Positions 1 to 13,619 are shown, counted from the stretch's first letter. The stretch: DNA of 64,000 nt from Chara braunii (GCA_003427395.1 BFEA01000029.1:767577-831576), one strand, 5' to 3'. A program made the numbers and translations. The notes: a model not told the origin generated them from the sequence alone.

Positions 1-1
<1 letters not shown>

Positions 2-89
<88 letters not shown>
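2..89. repeat. (TG)n(AG)n compound microsatellite
   Basis: Read directly from the sequence. Confidence 0.95.
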
Positions 90-94
<5 letters not shown>

Positions 95-511
95 TCGGAT
101 GGGTACCAAGTCCATATCGGGATTGCTGAGGGAGACCCCCCCATTATGTTTTTCCTATAATTGTGAGCGAGGCCCTTACTTACAGTGGGTCCGTGGGACG
201 TTTCTCGCACCGCCACAATTGTTTTGTCTAGAGGCAGGGGACATCCCTCCTGCCAATTATTAGCAGTAGCAGATCTATAGCACACTGCAGTGGTAGGCCA
301 GTTGGAGCGCCAGAAACTTCGACAGAGAGAGGAGTTCCACTGCAGAACGGCGAGTAGGCGCCAGGTGTGCATCGACGATCGGCGATTAGGCAATCACAAA
401 TTTCACAATCCGCAACGAAATTGCAAAAACAAAATAAAATACAATAAAATAAAAAAGCAAACAAAATCCCTTACCTGGGCGCTTCAGCGGCAATACTCGT
501 ACTGGGGCCTA

Positions 512-616
512 CCGTCTTCACCCGAATAGAACGCCCGGTCATTATAGTCGTATCTGGACGGGAAATTGGACCAAATACGGCTGTAATGACCGGGCGTTCT
601 ATTCGGGTAAAGACGG
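512..616. mobile_element. Tc1/mariner-type MITE
   Basis: Near-perfect inverted arms CCGTCTTCACCCGAATAGAACGCCCGGTCATTA / TAATGACCGGGCGTTCTATTCGGGTAAAGACGG, flanked by TA on both sides (510-511, 617-618). Confidence 0.8.
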
Positions 617-1149
617 TAGCTCCACTCCTTTCGAAATGTGCAAAACTTGCGTGAATCTTCCGCTAGAACATGGAACGATACACCGTCATGAATTTTATCG
701 TTTTTGCATGGCGAGAGTAGTGGAGCAACGCCCGGGCGTAGTGCAGCAACGCCCAACGCCCTGGTTCCGTAATTCACGCCACCATGAAAACAGCAGAAAA
801 TGATTACAACGCCCCCCCCGAGCACGAATGACGGGCACAAATAAAAAACCGATCCAAATTCACAAATTCACAAATTCACAGACAAATTAAGCATGTACAT
901 GCATTTTTTTGACGCAAAACAAATGTAAAACATTTTCAGCCATCAACCCCGCCGATTCTGAAAAGGGTGGCTGTACACGTTGGCGGGAGACTACTGGTAC
1001 TCATCTCTTGCCTGACATGAGGCACTCTGGACCACTCATCTCCGAGCGTATTAACACAGGGCCATTCCCTGGCCGTATCTGACCTCAATTACGGTCTGCC
1101 GCGGACGTATCCGACCTCCGTTAAAGTGCAAATCAACGTCCTAGTGTGA

Positions 1150-2723
1150 ACACGGGCATCGCCACACTACTCCCGACTTGATGAAACATTTCGGGAATAA
1201 TCCCGAACGTCGAAGACGCGAAAAAGAAAAGGAAAAAAAAAGGGAAAATCGATTCAGGAGTGCACTTCGCCACATTGCGCTCCCGACTTGGGGCGCTCTT
1301 CGATTTGGAGGCCAGGGCCGTGGTCCCATTAGCAAAGAGCATAGGATTGAATGCCTGAATCTGGATGTGTTTGAGGACAGGCGCAGGAGATAGAACTGGT
1401 TTTCTGTATGGCTGGATAAAACATAGGCAGATTCAGGATTTCTATCCTATCCCTTTGGCTAGTGGGACCACGGCCAGGAGCCGCACTTGGGACAGAGGGC
1501 ATCGCCACACCACTCTCGAAATGATGTGCAAAATGGATGTGCAAAATGAGAATGAACTTCCTGCTACAACATGGCCAGATGCACCCACCTCAATTTTGTC
1601 TTTTTCACATTTCAAGAGTGGTGTGGCGGGGCCCAGAGACTATGGGGCTCGCCACACCTATCCCGAAAACTGGATTTTGGAGAGCGGGATCACCGCCACA
1701 CCCACTCCCGAAAGTGGCCGCCAAATTTTTTTTGGAGAGCTGTCAGAAGGCGGGTTTGGAGAACGCTCAGCGTTCTCCAAATTCGACCCTCCGCCTGCCT
1801 GCACATGCGCTCGTTTGGAGAGCGCTCCGAAGGACAACCCAAACCCACCCGAAACGCGCGAGTGTGCCTCGACCGACAAGTGTCTGCGGCCTGCAATTTG
1901 TCATGTACGGTTAGAGAGCGCTCTCCAACCGCGGAGGAGCCTTGGGACCACGCCAGCCCCGTCGCGTAATGTACACAGTAGAGGATCCCGGTCTTGTGCG
2001 TGCGAGATTTTGCTCTACCTTGGAGAGTGCAGTGTGGTGATGATGCCTCCCAAAGGGATTTTGCCAACTTCTGCGTTGGAGAGCGCTCTCCAAAAATTCA
2101 TTGGAGAGTGCAGTGTGGTGAGGACGCCTTCGGAAGGGATTTTCGCCAACTTCCGCATTGGAGAGCGCTCTCCAAAAAAAAAGAGTTTTGGGGATAGGTG
2201 TGGCGAGCCCCTATGGGCCGCCATACCTATCCCGAAAACGAGAAAATGTTCGAGAGCGCTCTCGAACTCGGGAAATAGTGAAAAATGGTTCGAGAGGCCT
2301 CATTGCCGCACTGCGCTCTTGAAGGGGGCACTCTCCACCGTGTCAGAAAAGAACTACGTTTTTTGAGAGTGCAGTGTGGCGGTGCAAGGGCCTTGCTCCA
2401 CTACTCACCAAATGTGCAAAATGAGAATGAATCTTCTGCTAGACCATGGAAAGATACACCGCCATATTTTTTGTCTTTTGTGCATGTGGTGAGTAGTGGA
2501 CCGAGGCCTCGGTTCAAGAGTCTCTCGCACCAAACACGACAAAACGCTGGCCGCAGATGGTTGTCCGTCGCGGCACACTCTCGAAATTCGGGCCAAAATC
2601 GGAGGTGCCTTCGACCACCCTTGAAAGTGGCGACTTTGCAGGCAACTTTGCCGGGCAAGGACCACAGCTCGCGAGCACTCCTAAAAACCGCGTTCTGGCC
2701 ACACTCGAAAATTTTTCTGACAC
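1150..2723. repeat. GC-rich mosaic of palindromic modules, probably a non-autonomous DNA-transposon array; continues at ~10575-11000 after the LINE
   Basis: Recurrent GAGAGCGCTCTC palindromes, GAGAGTGCAGTGTGG and GCCACAC/GTGTGGC motifs; a ~110-bp CCACT...AGTGG-type unit recurs at ~620-726, ~1505-1628 and ~2396-2500. Confidence 0.55.
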
Positions 2724-3192
2724 CAATTTTTTTTATTTTTTATTTTTTGGATAGACATGAATATATTGCAATTTCAAGGGACGAGGCCGGGGACCTCACA
2801 ATTCAAACCGGAGTTATCCTGGCAGCTTTTAATATCATCCTCCTGCTGGAAACCGGTTCCAGAGTCTCTATAAAACACATTGCTTTCCAAAAAACTCAAT
2901 CTTTGAAGCACAAAAAAGTAGAGCTCAGCAGAAAAAAAGTTTCGCGTCCCATACCATCTCAGGGAGCAAAAATCAGTAAAGTTCAAAGCTTGAAGCCCTA
3001 GTAAAATAAATGATGACTACAACTACTAAGTTATACCGTGGTTGATTAAGAAATCTAAGAAAGGTAATTAAGAAAGGAATCCAAAAGGAGCGGATTCGAT
3101 ATACTAATAATCCATGTTGAAAATAATAGCACCTAGTGGGAGGGTCTAAGCACGACCAATTCCCGTCGGTGAGGTTTCTCAAGAGTCTGCTG

Positions 3193-6100
3193 TCAGTCGT
3201 TTTGGCTTGTGAGCCAAGACGAAAGAGTCATAGTTCCATCAGGCCTAACAGCTGCCCACTTCTTCTCTGATCCCCAGGTCCTTATGAACCAAGTCAGATT
3301 CCTTGATCGTGAAGTACAGTGCTGGGTCCAGTCTGACCTGATCGATAACCGGAGTTCGTTTCTGATCATCGCTTTCTGTTGAGGAATAGAGAGGGTCTCT
3401 CCTTTGAAAACCTTTGCGTTCCTAGCTGTCCATATGACTTCAAGAAGCGCCCCTCTGCAGCAGAGAGCAACATAGCCGATTCCCGCTTGGAAACTTAAAC
3501 TCGGTTGGAGAAGGCCTGTTAGCCACCAAGAATTTGTCCATGGCAGGTTGTCTCCATATACTTGTGCCCAATATTTCTTCCACCATTCCAACAGTTCATC
3601 AACCAACGGGCAGTATAACCATATATGAGCTTGATTTTCCCACCCCCAGTTGCAGCATTGGCAGGTTGTGAAGATGTTCATCCCTTTCGCTGAGAGCCAC
3701 ACCGCTGAGGCTGTAATCATGAGCGATTGTAGTCAAATGATTGCTGCTTGTTTTTGAGTTGGCATACTCTTCAGAGCCGACCAAAGTGCTTTTAGTTTGA
3801 CCTCTTTAACATCTTGTAGCTGGTGATTGTCAGCCCTCCTCATTGCTAGAGATACTGGGTTGACTGATGACTATGTTCGTTGGGTTGCCACTCCAATTTT
3901 AGTCTTGGAGTGGCAGAGAGGCGTGAAAGAGTGTTTCGAGGTGAGCCCCTTCCACCCGAACAGCATTGGCTCTACTTTGTAGGATTCTGCATTCCGCCCC
4001 AGCCATCCTTAGGCTACCGCTTTCCCTTTCCCATCTTCTTGGAGGAAAACCCAAACTTCTTCCAGTCTCAAGGTACTGGGGGTTGTCTGTTCTCCTGTCT
4101 CGTGAAGGAAACCGCTATATTGGCTTATCGAGGGAAGCGTCCAGGATTGCACCTTGGTGCCCGAATTCAGTTTCGGGTCAACCACTCTCCATATCTCATT
4201 GTTATGTGTCGGAGACCTTAGCCAAGTGCACCGTGCGTTCTTTGAGTCGCTTTGGAGGAGATACGTCCAGGACTGTGGAATTGCCTCCAGGAGCATCTCG
4301 TAGTGATTTGAAACGTTATGAAGCCTTGGAAGCTGCCTCCTCAAGGTACTTTCTTCAATCCCGTCAGAAGTGTGAGGGTCCCAGATGTCTTGGATTTGTA
4401 TGACTCCTTTTTTTATCCAGGTCCGTCCAAAGTTAGATTCCCCTCCCTTCACCGTGACAGAAAACGGGGATCCATTTTGCTGCAGAACGTGAGGATTGTC
4501 AACCAATAGTTGGTTCAAGCATTCTGTTTTGGTGGTAAGGCGTCTCCATTCTGTAGGTTTAACCTTGTTCCATGCGAATAGGATGCTACGCCATATTCTT
4601 AATCGCGGGCGACGTTGGGTAAAATAAGGCATCATCAGGCAAAGCCAAACCTTTGAGGAGTCGGCCAGCCCCCATTCGCTCACTAGAATATACTCCGCCA
4701 GTCTCATCCACAATTTGCTATCTTCCTCCATCATCGCTCGTACTGCCGATTTGGCCAACAGAGTCAGGTTTTGGTGGACCGGATCCAGGATCCCCATGCC
4801 CCCCTGGTTACGAAGCATGGCTATTGCCTCCTAGGCCACTTTGGAAAGGAAACCTTGTTCATCTCTCGCTGACGACTTCCAAAGGTACCGAGCAGCAACT
4901 TTTTTTATTTTTTTATAAGCCTCCTCTCCAAGTAAACAGCCTGCCAGAGGAAACCAGAGTGTGGAGAAAGTCACTGCAGACAAGACCAACGCTCGGCCAA
5001 AGAGGGAGAGAGAGCAATTCCTTTCCCACCCTGCAATCTTAGAAAGTATTTTCCCCACCAATATATTGTCTTGTGATGAAGAACAGTCAGAAAAAGATAC
5101 CTGGACCCCTAAGAATATTTCTGAGGCATTGAAGGGGACGCGGCGTAGGCCCCAATCCTTACTCAATTCAAACAGGGAGGGCAAAAAAAATACTGATTTG
5201 TCTAGAGGCTTCAGATAGATACATTACGCAGTTCCAACAGGCATACTGGAGAGTTAACACAGGCGACAGTTAAGTCATCAGCAATAGCTCCGCCCTTCCA
5301 TTGAAGGGACGGAGGAGTTCAAAGACCTTGTATAACATTATTATTTCTAATGTTATCAAGTAAGATTTTTAGTTGGAGGATTGAAGATCAACGGGGCTAG
5401 GGGACAATCCTGATGCAGAGAGCGCTTCAATGCAAAGTCATCTGAACGCTTCCCATTCACTACCACTTATGCCGTAGCGTTAACATACAGGGCTTTGATC
5501 CATGTGCAAAACTTAGGACCAAAGCACAACCTGATCAAGGTAGTGTTGATAAAAGTCCAGCCTACCTTGTCATAGGCCTTTTCCATGTCTAACATCAAAA
5601 TGGTTATATTCCTGTTCTCCTTCCCAATGATTTCCGATGCCTGAATTGTAGTTAGAATGTTTTCAAAAATTGTTCTTCGTTTGACGAAGGCGCCCTGCTC
5701 CATACCGACCAACGAAGGCAGGACTTCTGTCAGGCGGATTGCCAAAATTTTACCCAAGAGTTTGTTGGTTACATTCAGAACTAAAATAGGTCTCCAGTTC
5801 CGAACCTCTTTTTTTTCCCCTTTTTTATACATAAGAGATATCATTCCTCGGACTAACCCTTTAGGCAAAGTCCCCGTTAGAAAACTTGCATTGTAGATCT
5901 CGCATAAAAAAAGGGGCAAAGACCTCCCAAGCACTGAGAAAGAGTTCCAGTGGAAGGCCATCAGGGCCTGGGCCTTCGCCTAGCGTCATCAGTTTGGCCG
6001 CTAGCCAAGCCTCTCTTTCAGTGATGGGGGAATCCAGGGATACACTCTCTGTATATGAGATAGATTTCGTTGATCTGTTCCAAAAGTGTGAGTGTTCCAT

Positions 6101-7430
6101 ACGGTTGGTATGGAAGGACTTGAAAGGGCGTTTGGTTGAGATAGTGTCTTTAAAGTATTCCATAGCATAACTGCAAATCTGAGAGGTTTCGGTAACCATT
6201 GGGGAGGTGAGTGAGAAAGGGTGAGTTCTGTCATAAGTGACTTGGCTTGTCTGAAAATCAGGGAGCGAAAAGTCAACTTGGTCATACGGTCATATTCAAT
6301 AATGCCCCTGATTTTCAGCCACTCCAACCAATCAGACTGGTGCTGGATTTCAAGGTGCTCAAGTTCAGCAAGAGCGGCGCTACGTTTTGATGTGCAATAA
6401 TATTCTAGGAAGGGGTCACCCCCCATAGATCTTTAGGCCTCTTCTATAGTTCGCAGAAGGGTGTTTTCTTTCCATGTGCAGGCAACAACGTTCATTCTCG
6501 AAAATTCCTTCATTGCGGACTGTATTATTCCTATATTTGTATCTGTCCAGTCCTCCAATGAGGAAACAAGGTCTTTGGCCTTGTCCCAATCCTTCATTTG
6601 TGCAGTGATTCAGGCAGGAATTCCCGGGTCTTTTAGGACTTGGACGTTAAGTCTGAAGGGAGGCTTGTGCTTATCTATAATTTCTTTGGCCATGACATCC
6701 ATAAAAACCGGATGATGATCTGATATTGATCCATATTTTAGGTCCGCCCACATACAGCGGTCCCATGGGGTCCCACGTGCGAAGATGACGTCCAACCGTT
6801 TTTTGGGTTGGGGTGCTCTCGGGGAAGGTCTGGGGCCGAGCCATGTGAAGCCTGGACTATCAGAGTTCATTACCCTATATGTATCGAATAATTCCTGAGA
6901 TGTAATAAATTCTATGAATAATTGGCCATCTGTTCGCAGGGTCTTCGATCGAGGGGAGTCTAGGCCTGGATTAAGTATCGAATTCCAATCTCCTGCTACT
7001 ATTAGATTCTCAGTGTCAAGAATCAGTTTTGGAAGATCTGCAAAAAAGGTTATGCGAGCAGGGTATTCTACTGGAGCAGAGATTGACATAATTAGCCAAT
7101 CTTCGTCTCCTATCACAATCTTGATCCAGGCCCAACGGCCCTCAATGTCAGCACAACTATCCAATACGAGGATATCCAAGTCCTTATTGATAAGTATAGC
7201 AACACCCCCCTTAGAACCATTAGCCGGAGACCAGATCTGTGGGCCTGACCACCAATTACGAGCTTCCTCAATTTTATCCACATCAAGTTTGGTCTCTTGC
7301 AAACAGGCCAGGTGGACCTTTTTTAAGTGAATCCAGGAGGTCAGGCGACTTTTCTTAAAGGTATTATTTGAGTCCGTTAGGCCTCGTACATTCCAGTTCA
7401 AGATTCTAACTTTATTCGGGAGAACCATTT
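3193..7430 (-). pseudogene. LINE-A ORF2: APE endonuclease + RT + C-terminal Cys/His domain, frameshifted
   Basis: NWNVRGL, LQETK, GDWN, KRLD and SDH (APE); GPDGLP, NWRPI and LDMEKAYD (RT); GGMGI; CQCC..HIWLYC. Confidence 0.92.
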
Positions 7431-7538
7431 GAGACTCCCTTGCCGTGAGAATGTTGGATACGGCTGGGTCCAGGGGGGGGAGTTTAAACCGTCGCCTGGG
7501 TTGCTTCCTGTGGAGCACTGAGAGGTCTAGGGATTGGG

Positions 7539-10234
7539 TCAGACAGTGTTTTCGGCAAACTTTAAAGGCTCGCTGAAGGAAAATGCTTGTATCACCCGAA
7601 GGTTGTCAGAACGGAGAAGCCAGTCCGCCGCCACTTGCGCTGTCAATGGGGATCCCAATTTAATGTTTTTAAGGAAATCTGATTGGGGGGTGGCTAAATG
7701 AGAAACGTCTACCCAGTGGATGGGGATCGGGGGGGGTAAGAAGTTCTCTTTTTTTTCATCCAATGCTAAAAAGGAGAAAAATAATGCGACTTTGCCTTCC
7801 CCTGGCATCTCCACGAGGTGGCGTGAAGTTCTCAGTTCGGTCACTAGTCCAACATCTGCAAATTCTCGCATGAAATGTTTCTGAGTCAATCTAACTATGT
7901 CTTCTCCCGACGTAGGGGAGTAAAGGGGGATAGTCGGGACCCTCAAAGACTCCTCCTCTTCTGGTGAGATAGTCATGAATTGAACTCCCTCTGGAGAATC
8001 TTTGCAGATCATCGGAACCAGATGGAGAGGGAGATGCCTTAGCGCTTTATCGGCTCTCGATAGAGTCTTAACCGGAGCGGCTAGAGAAAGGGAGCGTATG
8101 GTTGCTTTTATCCCTGTCGGACGTTCTCTCTTCTTGGGCGAGCTTCTGTTGATATTTTCGTTGACTCTCATCTCCTCCTGTTGAATCCAGTGAAGTGTTT
8201 TGTTCAGGTCTAACCGTGATCTTTTCGTGGGAGACTGTGCTACCAAATCTTGCTCTGTATCTAGATGAGAGATCATGTATTTCTTTTGGTGGTCAACCTG
8301 TGCCTGACTGTCACCGAGCGCCTTCTTCTTCTTCTTCATCTTGATGGAACTTTTAGCAGGCGGAAGAGAAGGGGTGGTGGCTGGGGTGGGCGCCTGTTCC
8401 CCTAATGGGGAAAAAAATTCTTGATCCGGATCTTCCAATGCTTCTACCCCAACTTCTTTATTTGTTGTAGGGTCGGCCCCTCCTCTCGGGGGAGGGGGTT
8501 CCAGTTGAGAGTGGGGAGTAGATTTGACCATTGTTGTTACCGTAGGAATTGTGAATAACGTGGGGAGGTGTCACTGTGTGTCGGGAGGGTCCAGGTGAGT
8601 CAGAGTATCTGTTGCCTTACATGTTTCCGGGGAAGGCGCGATAGCTGATTTGCCTGAGCTTTTCCGATCATTAGCGGTCGGATGATGTGGTGGGGGGGGG
8701 GGAGCAGGGGAGGAGGGAGAGTGAGGAGAGGGTCTTCGCATCAGCCTTGCCCCTTCATCTTCTTCGTCTTCTTCTAGGACCTCTTCTTCCACTTCACTGT
8801 CCTCCTCGTCCACCTCATGCATACTCGCATCTTCGCCTTCACCTTCGCCTTCACCTTCGCCTTCACCAACTCCCAAGGGATCCCTTCGTGAATTAACGAC
8901 CCCTTTTCCTCGGGAGTCGCCGTCCGGTCTTTTGGCGTTGGATTTTCCTGGGGATTCCCTGTCCATGTTGGAAGGAGTTGTGGTAGGCAGAACGAGACTG
9001 GTTGCTCTTGACCTTTCTTCGGTAGTGGGGGACTTTAATACGTCCTTGTATGACCGACGGTTGTCCATCCCCGGAGAATTTGTTGCCTTGTGGAGGTTTT
9101 CCCTTCCTGTCGCTTAAGGTTGTGGTGCTCCTAGGTCACGGTGCTCACCAGATGTCGACCCTTCTGTGCCTTTGCGTGCCATCGGGTCCTGGGGTGGGCC
9201 CCCGGGCCCTTTGCGTACTCCTTTCGCTTGACACAACCCAAATCCTTTTTGGAGCCCTCAGAGGTTTTACAGCCAGCAGATGGCTGTTTTTTACTTTTTT
9301 CCTTCGGGAGGGTCTTTTGTGTGCTCTTCTGGGTGATTTTTTTCCTTTTGTTGAAAGAACACTCTACATCGTTTTCCGAGTGGAAATATCTTCGACACCG
9401 TTCACACCAAGGGGTGGAGGCGCAGATCACCTCCAGTTCCACAAAAACCCCTTCCTCCATATCCACGACTAAGTATCTTTTATAGCGTGAGCGTGCCGAT
9501 GATTCGACATCAAAGCGGACGTTCAGGAGAGATGGGGAATTAACATCTTTGAATGCCAGGTAGGACTTAAGAATTTTCCCATACAATGCTTCGACATCCC
9601 CTTCCACATGGGGAAGGGCTCCAATCGGGATCTGGAGGCACCGAATCCAAAAAAACTTCCAACGCTTGGATTCCCTCCAATCATACAAATCGGCCTCCGA
9701 CATCCACGGTCTGAAAGAGAGAGAGTATGATTTATTGTCTAGATTAATTGTCTCCTGTTTCTTTCACTCGAGCCAAATCGCTATTTCCTTGGCTGAAGCA
9801 ACATAGGTAACGAGGTGGTATCCTTCATTGCGTACTAAACCTCTCTTTGGGGGGGTGTTTATTTCTCAACTCTTGGCCCATCGGTTCTCATGAATTCGAA
9901 CTATTTGTTCTTTGACGTTCGCCGGTAGGGTAGTGGAGCCTCCTCCAAAGAAAATGGTTACCGCGTGTTCCTTCAGCCATTCTTCCTGAACTCAGTATAC
10001 CTCTGGGTTGACCACGACTCTGTCGTAGTCTTCCCCTGATTCAACCACTTGAGGGCGGAGTTCTTTGGGGAAGATTCCCTCATTGCAGCAGTTGTTGATC
10101 ACTATTTTGATTCGTTCTTTCTCCGAGGTGGACAGCGGAATATCGGGTACCATCGTGACTGTAGTTTTGTGATCGCCAGATACCCCAGCAGCATCAGTTA
10201 CTCTATTATCCGTTGACGAATCCAAAACACGCAA
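7539..10234 (-). pseudogene. LINE-A ORF1, broken: zinc-knuckle-like motif, acidic low-complexity linker, C-terminal globular domain
   Basis: TPWCERCRRYFHSENDVEC; similar to LINE-B ORF1 (WIR..QIPI vs WVM..RFPI, shared TPWC). Confidence 0.8.
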
Positions 10235-12539
10235 ATCTAAAAAAAATAAATATCAGATTCAATCTATAAGAAGCCTCGATAAATAATGGGACATGCCCTT
10301 CTCAGCGAGTGGTAGGAAAGGGAATAGTTATACCTGCGCTTCTGGGCCGTTCTGGCCACTCCTTCGACATTGCCGACGGTAGAGCATAAAGGAAACTGTG
10401 TTTCCCACGTGACTCCCACTGTGCACGGGGCAGAGGAGGGAGATCCATGAAAGTTCCCATTGGGTGGTAGGAGTGCTGGCCGTCAGCGTTAACACTAACC
10501 CTAATCTCACGTTGCGTTAATGCCGGGCCATGGTGCAGGATTAGCACGTGAGATTAGCGCTGCCGGCCAACGTCCTGACACAGATTTTCGAGAGCTGGTA
10601 TGGCGATGAGTTTCCTCTCCAAATCGGTGTTTTTGGGATACGTGTGGCGAGGCCCTATGTAGGCCTCGCCACACGGCAGGGAAAACGAAAAGAAACAACT
10701 TTTTTGGGGGGGAGGGTTCGAGAGGGCGGAAGTTCGTTTCTGCTGCATAGCCATACGAATCCTTATACTGTAAGGGCGCCCTAACTGGGCGAGGGTGATT
10801 AGTTTACCCTTTTTTTTTTCCGTTCCACAGCCCATAAGGAAGACCCTACACTTCGGTGAGGAGGGCGGGTGTCAGGAACTCAGCCTGTCGGGCAATTCGT
10901 AGGGTTCCGAACTCACATTTCAAGTCACATCCGGGGCCTCCCTAGAGATTTCCGTCGTTTTGCCTGGGGCGCCCTCATTTTTTAGGGGCGGACCCTAAGA
11001 GCCAAAAATGTGGAAACATTCTGGAGTTCTTTATTCTCGTCATTAGGGTGTGGTGGAACGATGATTTTGTAAGAATCCTTACCAGGCCCAACCAGTGAGT
11101 ACGGAAAAAAAAAAAAAAAAAAAAGAGGACTCTTGATGGCTTGCAGAAGTCACAAAAGACAATCTACTACCTTGGTGAGAGTTGGCAAGTGGTTCGTGGG
11201 TAAGGACCCACGAAATAGAGGTGCTGCAGGCGGGCGGCAGCAACCTCCTCATGAACCTCAGTTTCCTTTTCTTTCTGACGACGACCTGACTCCTCGCGAG
11301 TTCTTTTTGGCGATGGTGATTTGTGTCGCTGTGTGGCGATGTGAACGCGAAACGAACTCGTGAAATTCCTCGTTTCGTGTGCCGTGCGGCGAGGCCCACT
11401 GTCCAGCACTGTCCAGCATGCGGCGACAAAAGCTGTGAGGAGAATGCTTGTCTGGACACGAATTCTCGGGTAAAAAAACACAGGCCTCTGCGAGAGGTCT
11501 CGCGAAATGGCCTTTTACAGGCCGGAGGCTCAAGCGATTTCGGGACATTCTGACAGCTCCGGAATTCAATCTGACAGGTTGAACTCGGGAGCTTGAACTC
11601 GGGAGCTGGTGTGGCGACGCTGCACTCCCGAAAATGGCCGAGTCGGGACCACTAGTGTGGGGAGGCCCTAAGCCCTCAGTCCCTAAGTTCTCAGTTTCCG
11701 TACACATTGTCCGGGAACGACCACAAGTTAAACCACCAGTACATGGGCACTGCGCGCCGCGCCGGCCGCCCAAATCTCGAAACTTCCGGCTTTCCGCCCA
11801 CGTGTGAGTCCGACTTCAGATTCCGGTCTTTTTTGTATATTTTTTTTTTATTTTGTTTTCCCCGCTCTCCGTTTTGGCCCCTGGGTGTGCGACGGGGTAC
11901 GCCGGCGGCGCCGCAAGGCCGCCTGGCAGTTAACTGTTGACGTGCTTCGGCACTCCACTGCGCGGCAACGTGCGTACTCCAGCGGTTGTCCGTATCTGGC
12001 CGTATATTACGAAGATCAATGGTCTGAAACGAACGATCCCGGTAAGTGGAACCGCGCCGCCCGCCCTGCAGCTCGACTGCGTCGCGAAAAAAAGACGTGG
12101 GCATCTGTCACAGTCAGTCAAAAATGTAACGGTGCATGTACGAAAATTTCCCGAAACCCTCGTGAAGGTTCGGGCGCCGCCGCAGGCGTAGTTATCGAAA
12201 TTGCGAAAAGGAGAATGTATCTTACCGTACAAGGTGGAGATATACAGCCCCCTTAGATTTTGTCTTTTCCGCGTTTGCTGAGTGGCGCCGCGCGGCAGCT
12301 TCATTGGCCGGCTGAATCGAACACAGACACTATACGGATGGATTGGCATCGTCGTCGCGCCGGGACAAAGATGACATGACATCGCGCGCAAATCGAGGAC
12401 GGGCCACGGCGCAGCGGACAAAAGTGAACGGCATTCAAAAAAAAAAGGAAAAAAAAAAGTGAACGGCACAGTCACGAGTCACGAGCTAGATGACGCGCGA
12501 TTGGGGGCCGGGAGGGTCCGGTCACGGGCCAGTACTTCA

Positions 12540-12877
12540 ACAATATAATAATATTCTCTGGTTTTATCCCCTACCTTGTGTCTTTTCCTCTGTTCTTGTG
12601 AATGGGGTTTATTTATTGCCTTCAGGGAACCCCAAATGGGGACACCGGCCAGGGGACAGCCGGTAGCAGAGGGGACGAGGATCATCTGAGTGGCCAGTCG
12701 CTGTGCCACCCTAATTACCCCTCCCCCTATGAACAACAGCAGCGACTGCTTTTTGGGGGGACCAACGGGCTCTCTCTAGGTGGCGGGAGCCACGCATGCC
12801 CAGGAATGTCCAAGAGGATTGAACCCAAGACCTCCTGAATGCCACTTGCCTGCGTTACCAACTGAGCTAGGCCGCTG
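12540..12877 (-). mobile_element. tRNA-derived SINE-like element
   Basis: Head CAGCGGCCTAGCTCAGTTGG (A box) and GGTTCAATCC (B box); same head as the copy at 55827; 3' boundary approximate. Confidence 0.7.
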
Positions 12878-13619
12878 GATTAGGGGCTATCATTATTGCA
12901 TCCGTTTTCCCAGAAAAAAAAAAAAAATCCCAGAAAGAAAAAACAAACAATTATTGCGTCCGGGGGGCGCAAAGAGTCCGATGATAATGCCTCAAGGCCA
13001 TCGCGTTCCGTTTATCAAGTTCAGGACCTCGCGCCCCATTCATCAAATGTGAAAAAGACACAAACAAATGGATGTTGCATCTTTCCACGATCTACGGGCA
13101 GGGACATTCTCCATTTTTCACATGTCCAAGCCTCCAAGGTCAGCAGTGCGGCAATACCCCATTACACTAGAGTACCAGTCAGGCACAGGCAAGTACACTT
13201 CCTTGTTCTTTCTTTCTTTCCTTTTTTTTTTTTTTTTTTTTTTTTCAACAAACCATTTAATCGTATTATATCTGAGACATTGAGGCCGGGGACCCCACAA
13301 TTCCATCCGGAGTTACCCCGGCAGCATCAGCCGGTTTAGCTTCTCAGACAGATCAACCTGCAATCTCAGACTACCTGCTACAGTTCTGTCTACTCTTTTC
13401 ACTGCTGGAAAACGGGTCCAGCGTCTCTTTAAGTTGATCTACAAATTCAGAGACATTAAAGGGAAACAGAAGGAAAAACTGTAGCCTGGGTGGGGGGCGA
13501 GAGTGGAGTTAGGAAAAGGAGGAGAGTCTGTGTAGAGGGGAGAGATCTATATACGTAGTCTTGCGGGATCTGTATTTGGCCCTCTCAGCACGAAGCTGTC
13601 TGTTGGGAAGAAGGACGCT

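Larger units (their letters stand above)
2724..10574 (-). mobile_element. Full-length decayed L1/Tx1-clade LINE (LINE-A)
   Basis: A-rich tail (T-run 2727-2748); TSD CTGACAC at 2717-2723 and 10575-10581; ORF1 and ORF2 fragments in order. Confidence 0.9.

Noticed and set aside
1365-2366. 333-aa ORF
   Set aside because: Translation of GC-rich palindromic repeats (recurring LESAL); no recognisable domain
10280-10574. HDV-like ribozyme in the LINE-A 5'UTR (GGCCGGC start)
   Set aside because: No P3/L3/P1.1 nested pseudoknot could be built; it is a simple hairpin
12810-12877. Functional tRNA gene (also at 55827)
   Set aside because: Acceptor and anticodon stems do not pair properly; these are SINE-type heads
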